Assembly: GCA_964016885.1 (NCBI GenBank)
Contig: OZ024763.1
Coordinates: 14,942,001 to 15,006,000 of the forward strand
DNA from: Eledone cirrhosa
Lineage: Eukaryota
DNA: 64,000 bases
Direction of reading: 5' to 3'
Made by a program: the position numbers and the translations under genes. Of the stretch, positions 45,588 through 59,250 are shown piece by piece. Below the pieces are notes generated by a model that was not told where the DNA came from, did not search any database, and saw only the letters and a program-made list of their open reading frames with translations. Position 1 is the stretch's first letter. Every line of letters starts with the position of its first letter.

Positions 45588-45784
45588 CAGACCTATCAAG
45601 TCTACCTGTCTGGTGGGGAGATCTCCCTCCCACTTTGCGGAAGGTGAGAAATGTCTTCTCTTGTGAAAATGGGTATAGATTTCATTATATAAAATCTCCC
45701 CATTTTGCCTAATTTCTACCCAGTTTTTCGGCAATTTTTTTTCAAGGTACTCCTCGTGTGGGTTTTTAGAGGTTGGCAGGTCTG
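45588..45784. mobile_element. Short MITE-like element
   Basis: Imperfect TIRs cagacctatcaag / gttggcaggtctg, flanked by TA on both sides. Confidence 0.55.
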
Positions 45785-47029
45785 TACATATATATTTATA
45801 TATATATCATCATCATTTATTTATATTTATATATATCAGCATCATCATCGTTTAACATCCATCTTCCACGCTAACATTGGTTAAACGGTTTTGTTCCATT
45901 TGATGCAGGAATGGTCAGGAGACTGTGTCTCACTTGTATGGAAGTGTCTCTGGCAGGTTTTCTGCGGTTGGATGCTCTTCCTAACACCAACCACTTTATA
46001 TATATATATGTATATGTAAAAGACAGCAAAAAGCACCCAGCCCACACTGTAAAGCAGACGTGTAAAAGACATGGCAAAAAGCACCCAGCCCACACTATCA
46101 ATGTGGTTTGCGTTATGAAGGGCATCCAGCCATAGAAACACCCCTATATAAGCGAGACATGGTCACTCGACACAACTTGCCTCAAAATAGGACCCGTCTA
46201 ACCCATGCTAGCGTGGAAGATGGACGTTAATCAATGATGATTCATATATACATATATATGTGTGTGTGCGTGTGTGTTTTTGAGGTGAGATGGTGAGATG
46301 GATCTAGGATATCAAGACAAGAAATATGTGATGACATAATCTATTAGTCAATATATTGATTTACCATAATCAATCATTGCTCTGAAATGATCATAAAACA
46401 ATGAACTAATTAACAACCTATCATTGACGATTTTAGTTTTATTTAATTGTTTAATACACACACACACACACACACACCCATGCTAGCGTGGAAGATGGAC
46501 GTTAAACAAAGATGATGATGATGATATATATATATATATATATGTGTAAATAAATCTACCAAAATATACGGTAGTGTCCAATCCGTATGAAGAACTCAAT
46601 GTAATCCAAATATCATAAAAAGAGAAGTAGCATTCAAAATTTTTCGATGAAAATCACAGGAAAACAGAGTCAAGATAAATTAATAAAAACAATGAATAAA
46701 AATAAAGAACAAGTTCCTGATATTAAAAAATTCATCATTTAAATGATGAATTTTTTAATATAAGGAACTTATTCTTTGTCTTTATTCATTGCTTTTATTA
46801 ATTTATATATATATAAAATGTGTGTATGTATGTCTGTATATATATAATTTACTCAACCGATGCAAAGCAATAAAGCCACTAAAATGCCAGGGGTTTAAAT
46901 ATATATATGTATAATTTACTCAACTCAAGCAAGGCAATAAAGCCACTAAAATAGAAGGGGTTACTGTGAAGGGAGAAGGACAAGACGGAGAAAACATTAT
47001 TTAAGGAGAGACAAGATCATGATTGATGT

Positions 47030-47268
47030 TGCTTTTGAATTTTTTACAAACTGTATTTTGTGGCCAGGATACAAGAAGCTGGAAGAGAAGTCCATTGGTG
47101 AGATGTGTGAGGGAAGAATCTATCGGAATAGTTGCGACTGCATTTAAGAAGTTCAACTGTAAAAGGATGAGACCTAGCCACCAATACGGTGCTCCCTTTT
47201 AAACTTGTGAATACAAGGCAACAAAGATGAAAGCTCATCAGAACAATTCCCATGAAAATAATAGTGTA
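47030..47268 (-). mobile_element. Degenerate Jockey/CR1-group LINE 3' fragment
   Basis: Frameshifted YYFHGNCSDELSSLLP..HPFTV..DRFFPHTSHQWTSLP, typical of a LINE ORF2 C-terminus. Confidence 0.65.
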
Positions 47269-47278
47269 AAGTCCCTAC

Positions 47279-47344
47279 CTGACTTAATCCAATCCGGTAG
47301 TTCAGTTTATCAATATCCATGTGGTCCAGTAGCTGTTTGATGAT
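47279..47344 (-). CDS. MYO18A: Myosin-XVIII converter exon
   Basis: Acceptor is a pyrimidine run ending ctacag, donor gtaggg, 66 nt (phase 0 to 0). IIKQLLDHMDIDKLNYRIGLSQ; this motif is normally followed by VFFR.G in myosins. Confidence 0.92.
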
Positions 47345-47644
47345 CTGTAGGGGGGGAAGAAGGTGAGGATAATACCAATCAATAATAATAATAATAGTGA
47401 TTTCATTTATTGGCCACAAGGGCCGAATATAATAATAATAATAATAATAATAATTGTTTCTACATTAGGCACAAGGCCAGCAATTACCCAGTACATTACT
47501 GGTACTATATTTTATCGACCCCGTAAGGATGAAAGGCAAAGTTAACCTCGGCGGGATTTGAACTCAGATCATAAAGGGCCGTAACTCTATGCTGCAAAGC
47601 ATGGCGTCCGAACCTCTACCGATACTGCCAATCCACCGCCCTAC

Positions 47645-47925
47645 ATACAACAATAACAAAAAGAACAACTACCATCTCTCTCTCAACAGATACTACAACA
47701 ACAACAACTACCATCTCTCTCTCAACAGATACTACAACAATAACAAGAACTACTACCATCTCTCTCTCAACAGATACTACAACAATAACAAGAACTACTA
47801 CCATCTCTCTCTCAACAGATACTACAACAATAACAAGAACTACTACCATCTCTCTCTCAACAGACACACTACAACAACAACAACAAGAACTACTACCATC
47901 TCTCTCTCAACAGAAATACTACAAC
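47645..47925. repeat. 45-bp minisatellite, about 6 copies
   Basis: Unit tactacaacaataacaagaactactaccatctctctctcaacaga. Confidence 0.9.
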
Positions 47926-47947
47926 AACAACAACAACAACAACTCAC

Positions 47948-48042
47948 CTGTTGCTCATCCATACCGTCAGTCTTCAGTCCCAGAGGTGTGAGGACCTCAA
48001 AACGATGCTTAAATTCGCTGAATTGTAAGAAATCGGGGAAAC
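47948..48042 (-). CDS. MYO18A: Myosin-XVIII exon (SH1/converter entry)
   Basis: Acceptor ccttcttttccag, donor gtgagt, 95 nt (phase 1 to 0). (G)FPDFLQFSEFKHRFEVLTPLGLKTDGMDEQQ, the 'GFP....F.EF..RF.VL' motif. Confidence 0.95.
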
Positions 48043-48589
48043 CTGGAAAAGAAGGCGATTGATAGAGTAGTGGTGGCGGCGGTGTAGTGATGGTGGGGGG
48101 TAAGTATGGTATAGTGGTAGCGATATATATATATAAATAGGAACAAATAATCAGTATTGCATCATATACATATTTATTACATATGTTTCACTGCCGATCA
48201 GCTCAAGGAATGATCGAATAATGTTCGTTCCTGACTCTGGAATCAGAAGCTCCTCAGATGTGTGTCCTCACATACAGCCGCACATCCAAATGTTATGTAT
48301 AATATAAGCAAGTGTAGCACCAATAAAAATATAGACTTCAGTGAGAAGAGTTAGAAACAAATTTATTGGCTTTAACATATGTTTCTGTGTCTATTATAAT
48401 AGTCAACATATGCTGACTACAATATATATTGTTCAATCATATGCAATACTAAATTATTTTTCACACGTCTTCAGAATGTATAAAAATGTTTGTGGTAATG
48501 TCCTGTCGACATGGCGTAGGGTTCAGGAATCATATATATATATTAAAATACAAATATTAATAAAATAGATGTTCTTTTGATCAATTAAA

Positions 48590-48640
48590 TTTTATTATAC
48601 ATATTTCAGAGGTACAACAGTACGTCCTCATCAGACAAAA
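48590..48640 (-). ncRNA. Type I minimal hammerhead ribozyme motif (sense to the myosin pre-mRNA)
   Basis: Minus strand reads TTTTGT-CTGATGA-GGACGTAC-TGTT-GTACCTCT-GAAA-TATGTATA-ATAAAA. Confidence 0.7.
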
Positions 48641-48734
48641 TATAATGATACATGATATGTTAAATGGTTAAGATTTAATCAAGGTAGTAAATCTTAACCA
48701 TTTAACATCTCAGAGTATGTCACGTATAATTATA

Positions 48735-48785
48735 TTTTGTCTGATGAGGACGTACTGTTGTACCTCTGAAATATATATAATAAAA
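48735..48785 (+). ncRNA. Type I minimal hammerhead ribozyme motif
   Basis: TTTTGT-CTGATGA-GGACGTAC-TGTT-GTACCTCT-GAAA-TATATATA-ATAAAA. Confidence 0.7.
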
Positions 48786-48947
48786 TTTAATTGATCAAAA
48801 GAACATCTATTTTATTAATATTTGTATATTAATAAAAATAAAAAATTTTTTTAATATTTTTTTTGTAGAGTGCTTCCAATCTGCTGTAAAACTTATTCTT
48901 TGATGCACTCATTGAATCTTGTTTAACTCTTTAATTATATATATATA

Positions 48948-48991
<44 letters not shown>

Positions 48992-49151
48992 TATATATGC
49001 AATTGGAAGACTGCAAAACTGCAAGCTAGATGCAAACTCCAAGCCTGTCAGTGGCCCGACTTGAGAACTGACTCAGGCTGTGAAGACCCGTCCAACCCTT
49101 GCTAGCAGGGAAAGCTGATGTTAAATGATGATGATGATGATATATATATAT

Positions 49152-49190
<39 letters not shown>

Positions 49191-49423
49191 ATACTCCAAT
49201 GATTCTGATGAGATAGATCTGTTTTCACCTTGAAACCACAGGTAATGCAGTGTTAACCCAAACACTCTCAACTTGCACTACCCTATTCTATCTTGGTTTG
49301 TTTGTTGTCCACTTTATAGGGTCTATTGGGTGTCTTACATCATGATACCATTACTAGCAAGATTGTCAAGTCCTTAACAGGGCCAAAGGGTCTTCTTATA
49401 CTCTGCACTGTCTTGGTTTGTTT

Positions 49424-49627
49424 GTCCTCCAGTTTACAGGTGCTACTGAATGTCCTCCAGTTAACAGATGCTACTGAATGTCCTCCAGTTAACAGATGCT
49501 ACTGAATGTCCTCCAGTTTACAGATGCTACTGAATGTCCTCCAGTTTACAGGTGCTACTGAATGTCCTCCAGTTTACAGATGCTACTGAATGTCCTCCAG
49601 TTTACAGGTGCTACTGAATGTCCTCCA
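49424..49627. repeat. 28-bp minisatellite, about 7 copies
   Basis: Unit ctactgaatgtcctccagtttacagatg. Confidence 0.9.
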
Positions 49628-50079
49628 TCATGACATCAACCCTAGGCAGGTTACCCATCCACTGCTGGCTATTGGCATCTCTCCAATCCATGTAGTCTCG
49701 GTTTTCCAAACATATCTTAAATTTCCAGCAATAATAATAATTGTTTCTACTTTAGGCACAAGGCCAGCAATTTTGGGAGAGGGGGAAAGTCGATTAAATC
49801 AACCCCAGTATGCTACTGGTACTTTATTTTATCGACCCTGTAAGGATGGTGAAAGACAAAGCTAACCTCGGCGGAATCTGAACTTAGAACATAAAGGGAT
49901 GTAACTCTATGCTGCAAACAACGCATGTTGTCCGACACTCTACCGATACTGCCAATCCACTATTTTTCATAAGAATAACAATAATGCTAATAATAATAAT
50001 AATAATAATAACAATAATGCTAATAATAATAATAATAATAATAACAATAATAACAACAATAATAATTTTCAACACTTAC

Positions 50080-50275
50080 CTAAACGGAAAATGCGGACAG
50101 CTTCCAAAATCTCAGCGCCGCGGATTTGTGAGCGTACCAATGGCACATTGAGTAGGTTTGATTCGGGGGAGGTTGCTGTGACACCTTTCAGTTCACAGAG
50201 GCCTGCGTTGGACTGGGGAAGGACACAGTGGACAAAATGGCACTTGGTACGACGCAGGGTCTCTATTATGGAATC
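50080..50275 (-). CDS. MYO18A: Myosin-XVIII motor-domain exon
   Basis: Acceptor ccttctcctgcag, donor gtaagt, 196 nt (phase 0 to 1). DSIIETLRRTKCHFVHCVLPQSNAGLCELKGVTATSPESNLLNVPLVRSQIRGAEILEAVRIFRL(G), containing the HFVHC.LP and 'SQ.RG..ILEAVRI' myosin motifs. Confidence 0.95.
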
Positions 50276-51519
50276 CTGCAGGAGAAGGAATCACAAAGAA
50301 ATCAATATAGTAATCTGATCAAAGGTGTGTGTGTATATATTAAGAGCCCGGAATATATATTCCTTGGGCTCCCTAAATTATAGGGGATTAATGTGAGTTT
50401 TTAACTCTTAATTATATATATGTGCTTAGTGGTTAGAGCAATGGCCTTGCAATCAAAAGGTTGTGAGTTCAATTCTCAGACCGGGTGATGTGTTGTTTCC
50501 TTGAGCAAGACACTTTATTTCACATTGCTCCAGTTTCCTCAGCTGTAGAAATGAGATGATAGGGACTGGGGTCCCTATCATTCCACTGCAAAGTGGTCGT
50601 GGAGGTGCCATGGCAAAAAAGCACCCAGCACTCACTGTAAATGAGGTTGGTGTTAGGAAGGGCATCCAGCTGTAGAAATCAAGCCAGAATCAGTTCCCGT
50701 CCCACCCTTGCAAGCAGGGAAAAGTGGACGTAAAATGATGATGATGATGATGATGATGATGTGTGTGTGTAGATATGTATAAGTGTGTTTGTGTGTATAT
50801 ATATTTATATATATAAGAGAGGTAAAATGACCCCGTTTGGTCAGGAATGACCATACATTTTGTACCTATAAAGTTCCCTTTGGAGGCACAAGTCCAGGTA
50901 AGGTGTTTTTTTGTGTAAGACCAGAAATCGCCCATCCATACCAGTCTACCATGCTACCGATGTTGTCCAAGGGAGAGGCAAAAGCTGATACTCATGCTAG
51001 CATGGAAAATGTATGCTAAACGATGACGATGACGATACAGCTCGGCACCAGTGACGTTGCAACTTATTTCTACAACTGAGTAAACTGGTGCAACATAAAA
51101 TAAAGTGCCTTGCTCAAGGACACAACGCATCACCCAGTTTGGGAATCGAATTCACAAACACATGATTGTGAATTCAACACTAACCACTAAGCCCCGTGTC
51201 TACACACACACACACATACACACATATATGTATGTATGTATGTATATATCATCATCATCATCATCATTTTACGTCCGCTTTTCTCTGCTTGCAAGGGTTG
51301 GACGGGTCCTATTCAGCACAGCATCTCTCCACTTGTCACAGTCCTTCCTCATCTCCTCGGTGAGTTTCAGCGATCTGAGGTCTGCTCTCACCACCTCCGC
51401 CGGGACAAATGACTGTAAAGTGGTTGTGTAGGTGTCACAACAAAAAACACCCAACCCATAATGTAAATGTGGTTGGTATTAGGAAAGGCATCCAGCCATA
51501 GAAACCAACCCAAAGTCAG

Positions 51520-51597
<78 letters not shown>

Positions 51598-52269
51598 ATA
51601 TATATATATATATGTATATATATGTATATATATATACAACCACCCCACCATCACCACCAACAACAACAACCATCTACACACCACCAGCAACACAACCACC
51701 CCACCACCACCAGCCCAACCATCTACTCACCTCCACCAACACAACCACCCCCACCACCACCAGCCCAACCATCTACACACCACCCCCACCACCACCAGCC
51801 CAACCATCTACACACCACCACCAACACACCACCACCACCACCACCAGCCCAACCATCTACACACCACCACCACCACCACCAGCCCAACCATCTACACACC
51901 ACCACCAACACAACCACCCCACCAACAACAACAACCATCTACACACCACCACCAACACCCCACCCCACCACCACTAGCCCAACCATCTACACACCACCAC
52001 CAACACCCCACCCCACCACCACTAGCCCAACCATCTACACACCACCACCAACACCCTACCCCACCACCACTAGCCCAACCATCTACACACCACCACCACC
52101 ACCAACAACAACCATCTACACAACACCACCAACACACCACCACCAAAACTACCCCAGCCATCAAAAGACCATCACCGACAACACCACCACCACCACCACC
52201 ACCACCATCAACCCCCCACCATAAACAGACCATCCCCAACAACAACAACAACAACAACAAGGTACTAAC

Positions 52270-52456
52270 CACTTGCAGTTTCACTTGCACACAAATGGAT
52301 TTTCGTTTCAGATTGGCACCAGATGATGTTAGGGTCCTCCTCACACTAGCAGCACGGCGCAGGGATGACGTCGGTTTATCGGCCCCAATTGCCGAACTAC
52401 TAACTGTCGTAGAGATGGCCCCTCGGATTGTTGTGAAAAGGTCACTTATGTTATGT
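52270..52456 (-). CDS. MYO18A: Myosin-XVIII motor-domain exon (loop 2 region)
   Basis: Acceptor gttgttgcag, donor gttagt, 187 nt (phase 2 to 0). (R)HNISDLFTTIRGAISTTVSSSAIGADKPTSSLRRAASVRRTLTSSGANLKRKSICVQVKLQV, compared with remembered human MYO18A 'LRRATSMRKT..KKKSLCIQMKLQV'. Confidence 0.94.
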
Positions 52457-52507
52457 CTGCAACAACAACAACAACAACATCAACAATAATTACTTTTAAA
52501 ATCCCTA

Positions 52508-53390
52508 TAATAATTGTTTCTACTTTTGGCACAAGGCCAGCAATTATCCCAGTGCATCACTGGTACTGTATTTTATCAACCCTGTAATAATTGTTTCTAC
52601 TTTTGGCACAAGGCCAGCAATTACCCCAGTGCATCACTGGTACTGTATTTTATCAACCCTGTAATAATTGTTTCTACTTTTGGCACAAGGCCAGCAATTA
52701 CCCCAGTGCATCACTGGTACTGTATTTTATCAACCCTGTAATAATTGTTTCTACTTTTGGCACAAGGCCAGCAATTACCCCAGTGCATCACTGGTACTGT
52801 ATTTTATCAACCCTGTAATAATTGTTTCTACGTTTGGCACAAGGCCAGCAATTACCCCAGTGCATCACTGGTACTGTATTTTATCAACCCTGTAATAATT
52901 GTTTCTACTTTTGGCACAAGGCCAGCAATTATCCCAGTGCATCACTGGTACTGTATTTTATCAACCCTGTAATAATTGTTTCTACTTTTGGCACAAGGCC
53001 AGCAATTATCCCAGTGCATCACTGGTACTGTATTTTATCAACCCTGTAATAATTGTTTCTACTTTTGGCACAAGGCCAGCAATTACCCCAGTGCATCACT
53101 GGTACTGTATTTTATCAACCCTGTAATAATTATTTCTACTTTAGGCACAAGGCCAGCAATAACCCAGTGCATTACTGGTACTTTATTTTATCAACCCTGT
53201 AATAATTATTTCTACTATTGGCACAAGGCCAGCAATTACCCCAGTACATTACTGGTACTGTATTTTATCAACCCTGTAAGGATGAAAGGTAAAGTTAACC
53301 TCGGCGGGATTTGCACTCAGAATGGCAAGGGCCGTAACTCTATGCATCAAAGCATGGTGTCCGACCCTCTACCGATACTGCCAATCCACC
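52508..53390 (-). repeat. SINE family A whose 3' 77 bp is tandemly repeated 10 times
   Basis: Unit taataattgtttctacttttggcacaaggccagcaattaccccagtgcatcactggtactgtattttatcaaccctg. The last unit continues into the SINE head. Confidence 0.93.
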
Positions 53391-54489
53391 GTGGTTTCTT
53401 ATATAGGCACAAGAGCAACAATTTGGACGAGAGGAAAGTCAATTAAATCGACCCTAGTGAATTACTGGTAATTTATTTTATCGACCCCTGTATTTCACAT
53501 TGCTCCAGTTTACTCAGCTGTAGAAATGAGATGATAGGACTAGGATCCCTATCATTCCACTGCAAAGTGGTCATCGAGGTGCCACGACAAAAAAGCACCC
53601 AGCCCACACTGTAAAGTGGTCGTGTAGGTGTCACAACAAAAAGCACCCAGCACTCACTGTAAAGTGGTCGTGGAGGTGCCATGGCAAAAAAGCACCCAGC
53701 CCACACTGTAAAGTGGTCGTGTAGGTGCCATGGCAAAAAGCACCCAGCACTCACTATAAAGTGGTCGTGGAGGTGTCACAACAAAAAGCACCCAGCACTC
53801 ACTGTAAAGTGGTCGTGGAGGTGTCACAACAAAAAGCACCCAGCACTCACTGTAAATGAGGTTGGTGTTAGGAAGGGCATCCAGCTGTAGAAATCAAGCC
53901 AAATCAGTTCCTGTATGAGCAAGACATGGTCAGCCGACCTGACACTGCCCACAACAGGACAACCTGTCTAACCCATGCTAGAGTGGAAGAACGGACGTAA
54001 AACGGTGATGATGATGATGAGAAGGTTGAAAGGTAAAGCGAGCCTCGGCAGGATTTGAAATCAGAACGTAAAGGGCCATAACAACATGCCACAAAGCATG
54101 TTGTCCGATGCTCTACCTACTCTGCCAATCCACCGCCTTGGTTTCTGATTTAGGCACAAGGCCAGCAACTTTGAGGGGAGGGGAAAATAAAGTACCAGTG
54201 CATTACTGGTACTTTATTTTATTGACCCTGTATGGATGAAAGGCAAAGCTAACCTTGGTGAGATTTGAAGTCAGAACATGAAGGGATGTAACTATATGCA
54301 GCAAACTAATAATATCTATCAAGGAAATGGAGAAATTATCCAAATATAAATATCTGCAGATAGAAATGTGGATAATAAAAGCAGATAATGATAAAACACA
54401 AACAGATCTGTAACCAAATCCCTAGGACTTACACATATATACAACTTACTTAGAAAATAGTACTACTAGGCACTGCACATATATTACAA

Positions 54490-55990
54490 GGTCCCTATCA
54501 TTAAAATACCCAAGAAACCTCCTATGAAATACAACCTTATAGGAGGCCAGCTAAACCTACATAGATGTAAACTGTAACAACAACAATATGATAAGACTGG
54601 GGTCCCTATAATTAAAACACAGTAGAAACCTCCTATGAGATGTATCCAGCTAAACCTTCATAAATATGAACTGTAACATCAACATAATAGGACTGCAGCT
54701 CCTATCATTAAAACACCCTAGAAACCTTCTATGAGATACAACCTTATAGGAACCTAAGTAAGTCTAAATAGGTATGAGCTGTAACAACAGTATGATAAGA
54801 GTGGGATCCCTATCATTAAAACACCCAAGAAACCTCCTATGCAACATAACTACAGAGGAGGCCAGCTAAACCTATATAGGTGTGAACTGTACCAAAAGCA
54901 ATATAAGAGGACTGTGATCCCTATCATTAAAACACTTTAGAAACCTCCTATGTGATACAACCTCATAGAAGCCTTAGGTAAGTTTATATAGCCGTGAGCT
55001 GTAACACCATGATACAACTGGGGTTTGTATCATTAAAACACCCTAGAAATCTCCTGAGAAACAACTTTATAGGAGGCCAAGTAATTTAACATAGCTGTGA
55101 GCTGTACCAAAAACACCATGATATGACTGGGGTTCCTATCATTAAAACACCCTAGAAACCTTCTGAGAGAAACAACTTTATAGGAGGCCAAGTAATTTAA
55201 CATAGCCGTGAGCTGTACCAAAAACACCATGATATGACAGGGGTTTCTATCATTAAAACACCCTAAGAAACCTTCTGAGAGAAACAACTTTATAGGAGGC
55301 CAAGTAATTTAACATAGCCGTGAGCTGTACCAAAAACACCATGATATGACAGGGGTTTCTATCATTAAAACACCCTAGAAACCTTCTGAGAGAAACAACT
55401 TTATAGGAGGCCAAGTAATTTAACATAGCCGTGAGCTGTACCAAAAACACTATGATATGACTGGGGTTTCTATCATTAAAACACCCTAGAAACCTTCTGA
55501 GAGAAACAACTTTATAGGAGGCCAAGTAATTTAACATAGCCGTGAGCTGTACCAAAAACACCATGATATGACAGGGGTTTCTATCATTAAAACACCCTAG
55601 AAACCTTCTGAGAGAAACAACTTTATAGGAGGCCAAGTAATTTAACATAGCCGTGAGCTGTACCAAAAACACTATGATATGACTGGGGTTCCTATCATTA
55701 AAACACCCTAAGAAACCTTCTGAGAGAAACAACTTTATAGGAGGCCAAGTAATTTAACATAGCCGTGAGCTGTACCAAAAACACTATGATATGACTGGGG
55801 TTTCTATCATTAAAACACCCTAAGAAACCTTCTGAGAGAAACAACTTTATAGGGAGGCCAGGTAATTTAACATAGCTGTGAGCTGTACCTAAAACACCAT
55901 ATGACTGGGGTTTGTATCATTAAAACACCCTAGAAACCTCCTGAGAACACAACTTTATAGGAGCCCAGGTAATTTAACATAGCTGTGAGT
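54490..55990. repeat. About 111-bp tandem repeat, about 14 copies
   Basis: cattaaaacaccctagaaacc.. recurs. Homogeneous at 55030-55990 and diverged at 54490-55030. Confidence 0.92.
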
Positions 55991-57169
55991 TTCTGACAGC
56001 CTTCAATATGAAACAGCTGACATATATAGACATCAACCTTTCAACCCAGGAGTTTCCTAACAGAAAACATCTGGTTAACATTTCCTTCAACTGAAGCGAA
56101 CATTGAATTATCTCCCTTATCAACTCTTTTTCTTTTTGTTTCCTACACAGCAATTTTTCCCTTTTCTTCTTCAACCATTTCAACGTAATTTCTCCCCTCA
56201 CCTATCCTCTCCCCATTCTTTCTCTCTCTCATACACCTTATTCTCTTATCTCTCCCTTTCGTATACATACATACACACACACACACATATGTGTGTGTGT
56301 ATATATATATATATTTATTGATATTCAATGAAAATACAAAAAGGCCAGATTCCTATTAGTTAAACCATCCAACGAAAACGCTGTGCGTGTGTGTGTGTAT
56401 ATATAAATATACATATATATATATACATATGTATATACATATGTATATATATATATACATATATATACACATGTGTATATATACATATACACATATATAC
56501 ATACATATGTATATATATATATATATATATATACATATATACACACGTGTATATATACATATACACATATATACATTTATATATATACACACATATACAC
56601 GTGCATATATACATATACACATATATACAATTATTTCCACATATATATACACATATATATATATACATAAACATATATATATACATAAACATATATATAT
56701 ATACAATTATTTCCACATATATATACACATACATATACACATATATATATATACATAAACATATATATATACATAAACATATATATATATATATACAATT
56801 ATTTCCACATACATATACACATATATATATATATACATAAACATATATATATATACATAAACATATATATATACATAAACATATATATATACATAAACAT
56901 ATATATATACATATATATACACATAAACATATATATATACATATATATACACATAAACATATATATATATATATACATAAACATATATATATACATATAT
57001 ATACACATAAACATATATATATACATATATATACACATAAACATATATATATATATATACATAAACATATATATACATATATATATACATATATATACAT
57101 ATATATATACATATATATACATATATATATACAGGCATATATACACTGCTCTCTCAGTATTGCCTCACC

Positions 57170-57620
57170 CACTGACAATCTCTATATCTATCACCCTACC
57201 TCACCCTCACCATATATCTACCCTACCTCACCATATATCTACCCACACTCACCATATATCTACCCTACCCCACTATATATCTACTCTACCTCACATCTCT
57301 ATATCTACCCTCCCCTACTATCTCTATATCTACCCACCCTAACTATATATCTGCCCTCCCTTACTATCTCTATATCTACCCACCCTAACTATATATCTAC
57401 CCTACCTTACTATCTCTATATCTACCCACCCTAACTATATATCTACCCTACCTTACTATCTCTATATCTACCCACCCTAACTATCTCTATATCTACTCTC
57501 CCTTACTATCTCTATATCTACCCACCCTAACTATATATCTACCCTACCTTACTATCTCTATATCTACCCACCCTTACTATCTCTATATCTACCCACCCTC
57601 ACTATATATCTACCCACCCC
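57170..57620. repeat. C/T/A-rich minisatellite, about 22-24 bp
   Basis: Units of the type ctactatctctatatctacccacc. Confidence 0.85.
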
Positions 57621-57965
57621 CTCCATTTCCTGTTCTAGCCATCCAAACTAATATTTTTTTTTTTTTACAAATTTCCTCAGTTTTCACTAAAACATCTGTT
57701 CTGATAATTGATGTAATTTTGAAATGCATACACACACTCACATACACACACACACACACACACATATATACACACACACATACATATATATATACACATA
57801 CACACACACACACATATATATATATATACACACATACATGTTTATATATATATATATACACACACATACATGTTTATATACATCTGATGTGATAATTTAT
57901 GTATTTTTAATTAAATTCTATTTATATATTAAAATATTTATCTTGGACTGATACTGACATGTCAA

Positions 57966-58015
<50 letters not shown>

Positions 58016-58017
58016 AA

Positions 58018-58052
<35 letters not shown>

Positions 58053-58056
58053 AATA

Positions 58057-58152
<96 letters not shown>

Positions 58153-58212
58153 TATCTCTCTCTCTCTCTCTCTGTATATATATATATATATAGATATCTC
58201 TCTCTCTCTCTC

Positions 58213-58243
<31 letters not shown>

Positions 58244-58339
58244 CTGTATATATATAGATATCTCTCTCTCTCTTGTCACTGGAATTTCTTATTTTATTTT
58301 GGGGGAAGTTGATGCTTTGTTGTTTTATCAGTTCTTTAC

Positions 58340-59165
58340 CAATGAAAGGCAAAGTTAACTTCGGCAAAATTTGAACTCTAAACGTAAAGGGCCATATCTC
58401 TATGCCGCAAAGCACTGTGTCTGACACTCTACTGATACTGCCCCACCACCACCACCACCACTACTACTACTATTAACTCTACTTTTGTCACAAGGCCAGC
58501 AATTACTCCAGTGTATTACTGGTATTTTATTTTATCAGCCCCTGTAAAGATGAAAGGCAAAGTTAACCTCGGTGGGATTCGACCTCTCAACGTAAAGGGC
58601 CATAACTCTATGCCGCAAAGCACGGTCTCTGACACTCTACCGATACTGCCAATCCACCTCCCTAAAATAATTGTTTCTACTTTTGGCACAAGGCCATCAA
58701 TTACCCCAGTACATTACTGGTACTTTATTTTATCGACCCCGTAAGGATGAAAGGCAAAATTAACCTCGGTGGGATTTGAACTCAGAACGAAAAGGGCCGT
58801 AACTTAATAATAATAATTGCTTCTAATTTTGGCACAAGGGCAACAATTGGAAGTGGAGGGTAAAATTGTTTCAATGAACCCCAGTACATTGCTGGTACTT
58901 TATTTTATCGACCCCGTAAGGATGAAAGGCAAAGTCAACCTCGGCGGGATTTGAACTCACACCGTAAAGGGACGTAACTATGCTGCAAAGCATGGCGTCC
59001 GACCCTCTACCGATTCTGCCAATCCACCGCCCTTTAATAATAATAATTGCTTCTAATTTTGGCACAAGGGCAACAATTGGAAGTGAAGGGTAAAATTGTT
59101 TCAATGAACCCCAGTGTATTGCTGGTACTTTATTTTATCGACTCCTGTAAGGATGAAAGGCAAAG
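58340..59165 (-). mobile_element. Cluster of head-to-tail SINE family A copies
   Basis: Five occurrences of 'atgaaaggcaaa' with SINE head and tail segments. Confidence 0.82.
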
Positions 59166-59236
59166 CAGTTAAACATTAATACTAACATCTTGTGCCTGTT
59201 TGGCAACACAGATGATGATGATGATGATGATATTCC

Positions 59237-59250
59237 GTTTCCATGGCAAC
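59237..59250. promoter_or_regulatory. RFX X-box consensus match
   Basis: GTTTCCATGGCAAC in a short unique intronic island. Confidence 0.4.

Larger units (their letters stand above)
48541..48834. repeat. Inverted repeat (about 105-bp arms) with an inner 21-bp hairpin
   Basis: 48541-48646 pairs with 48729-48834. The inner stem spans 48657-48708. Confidence 0.9.
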
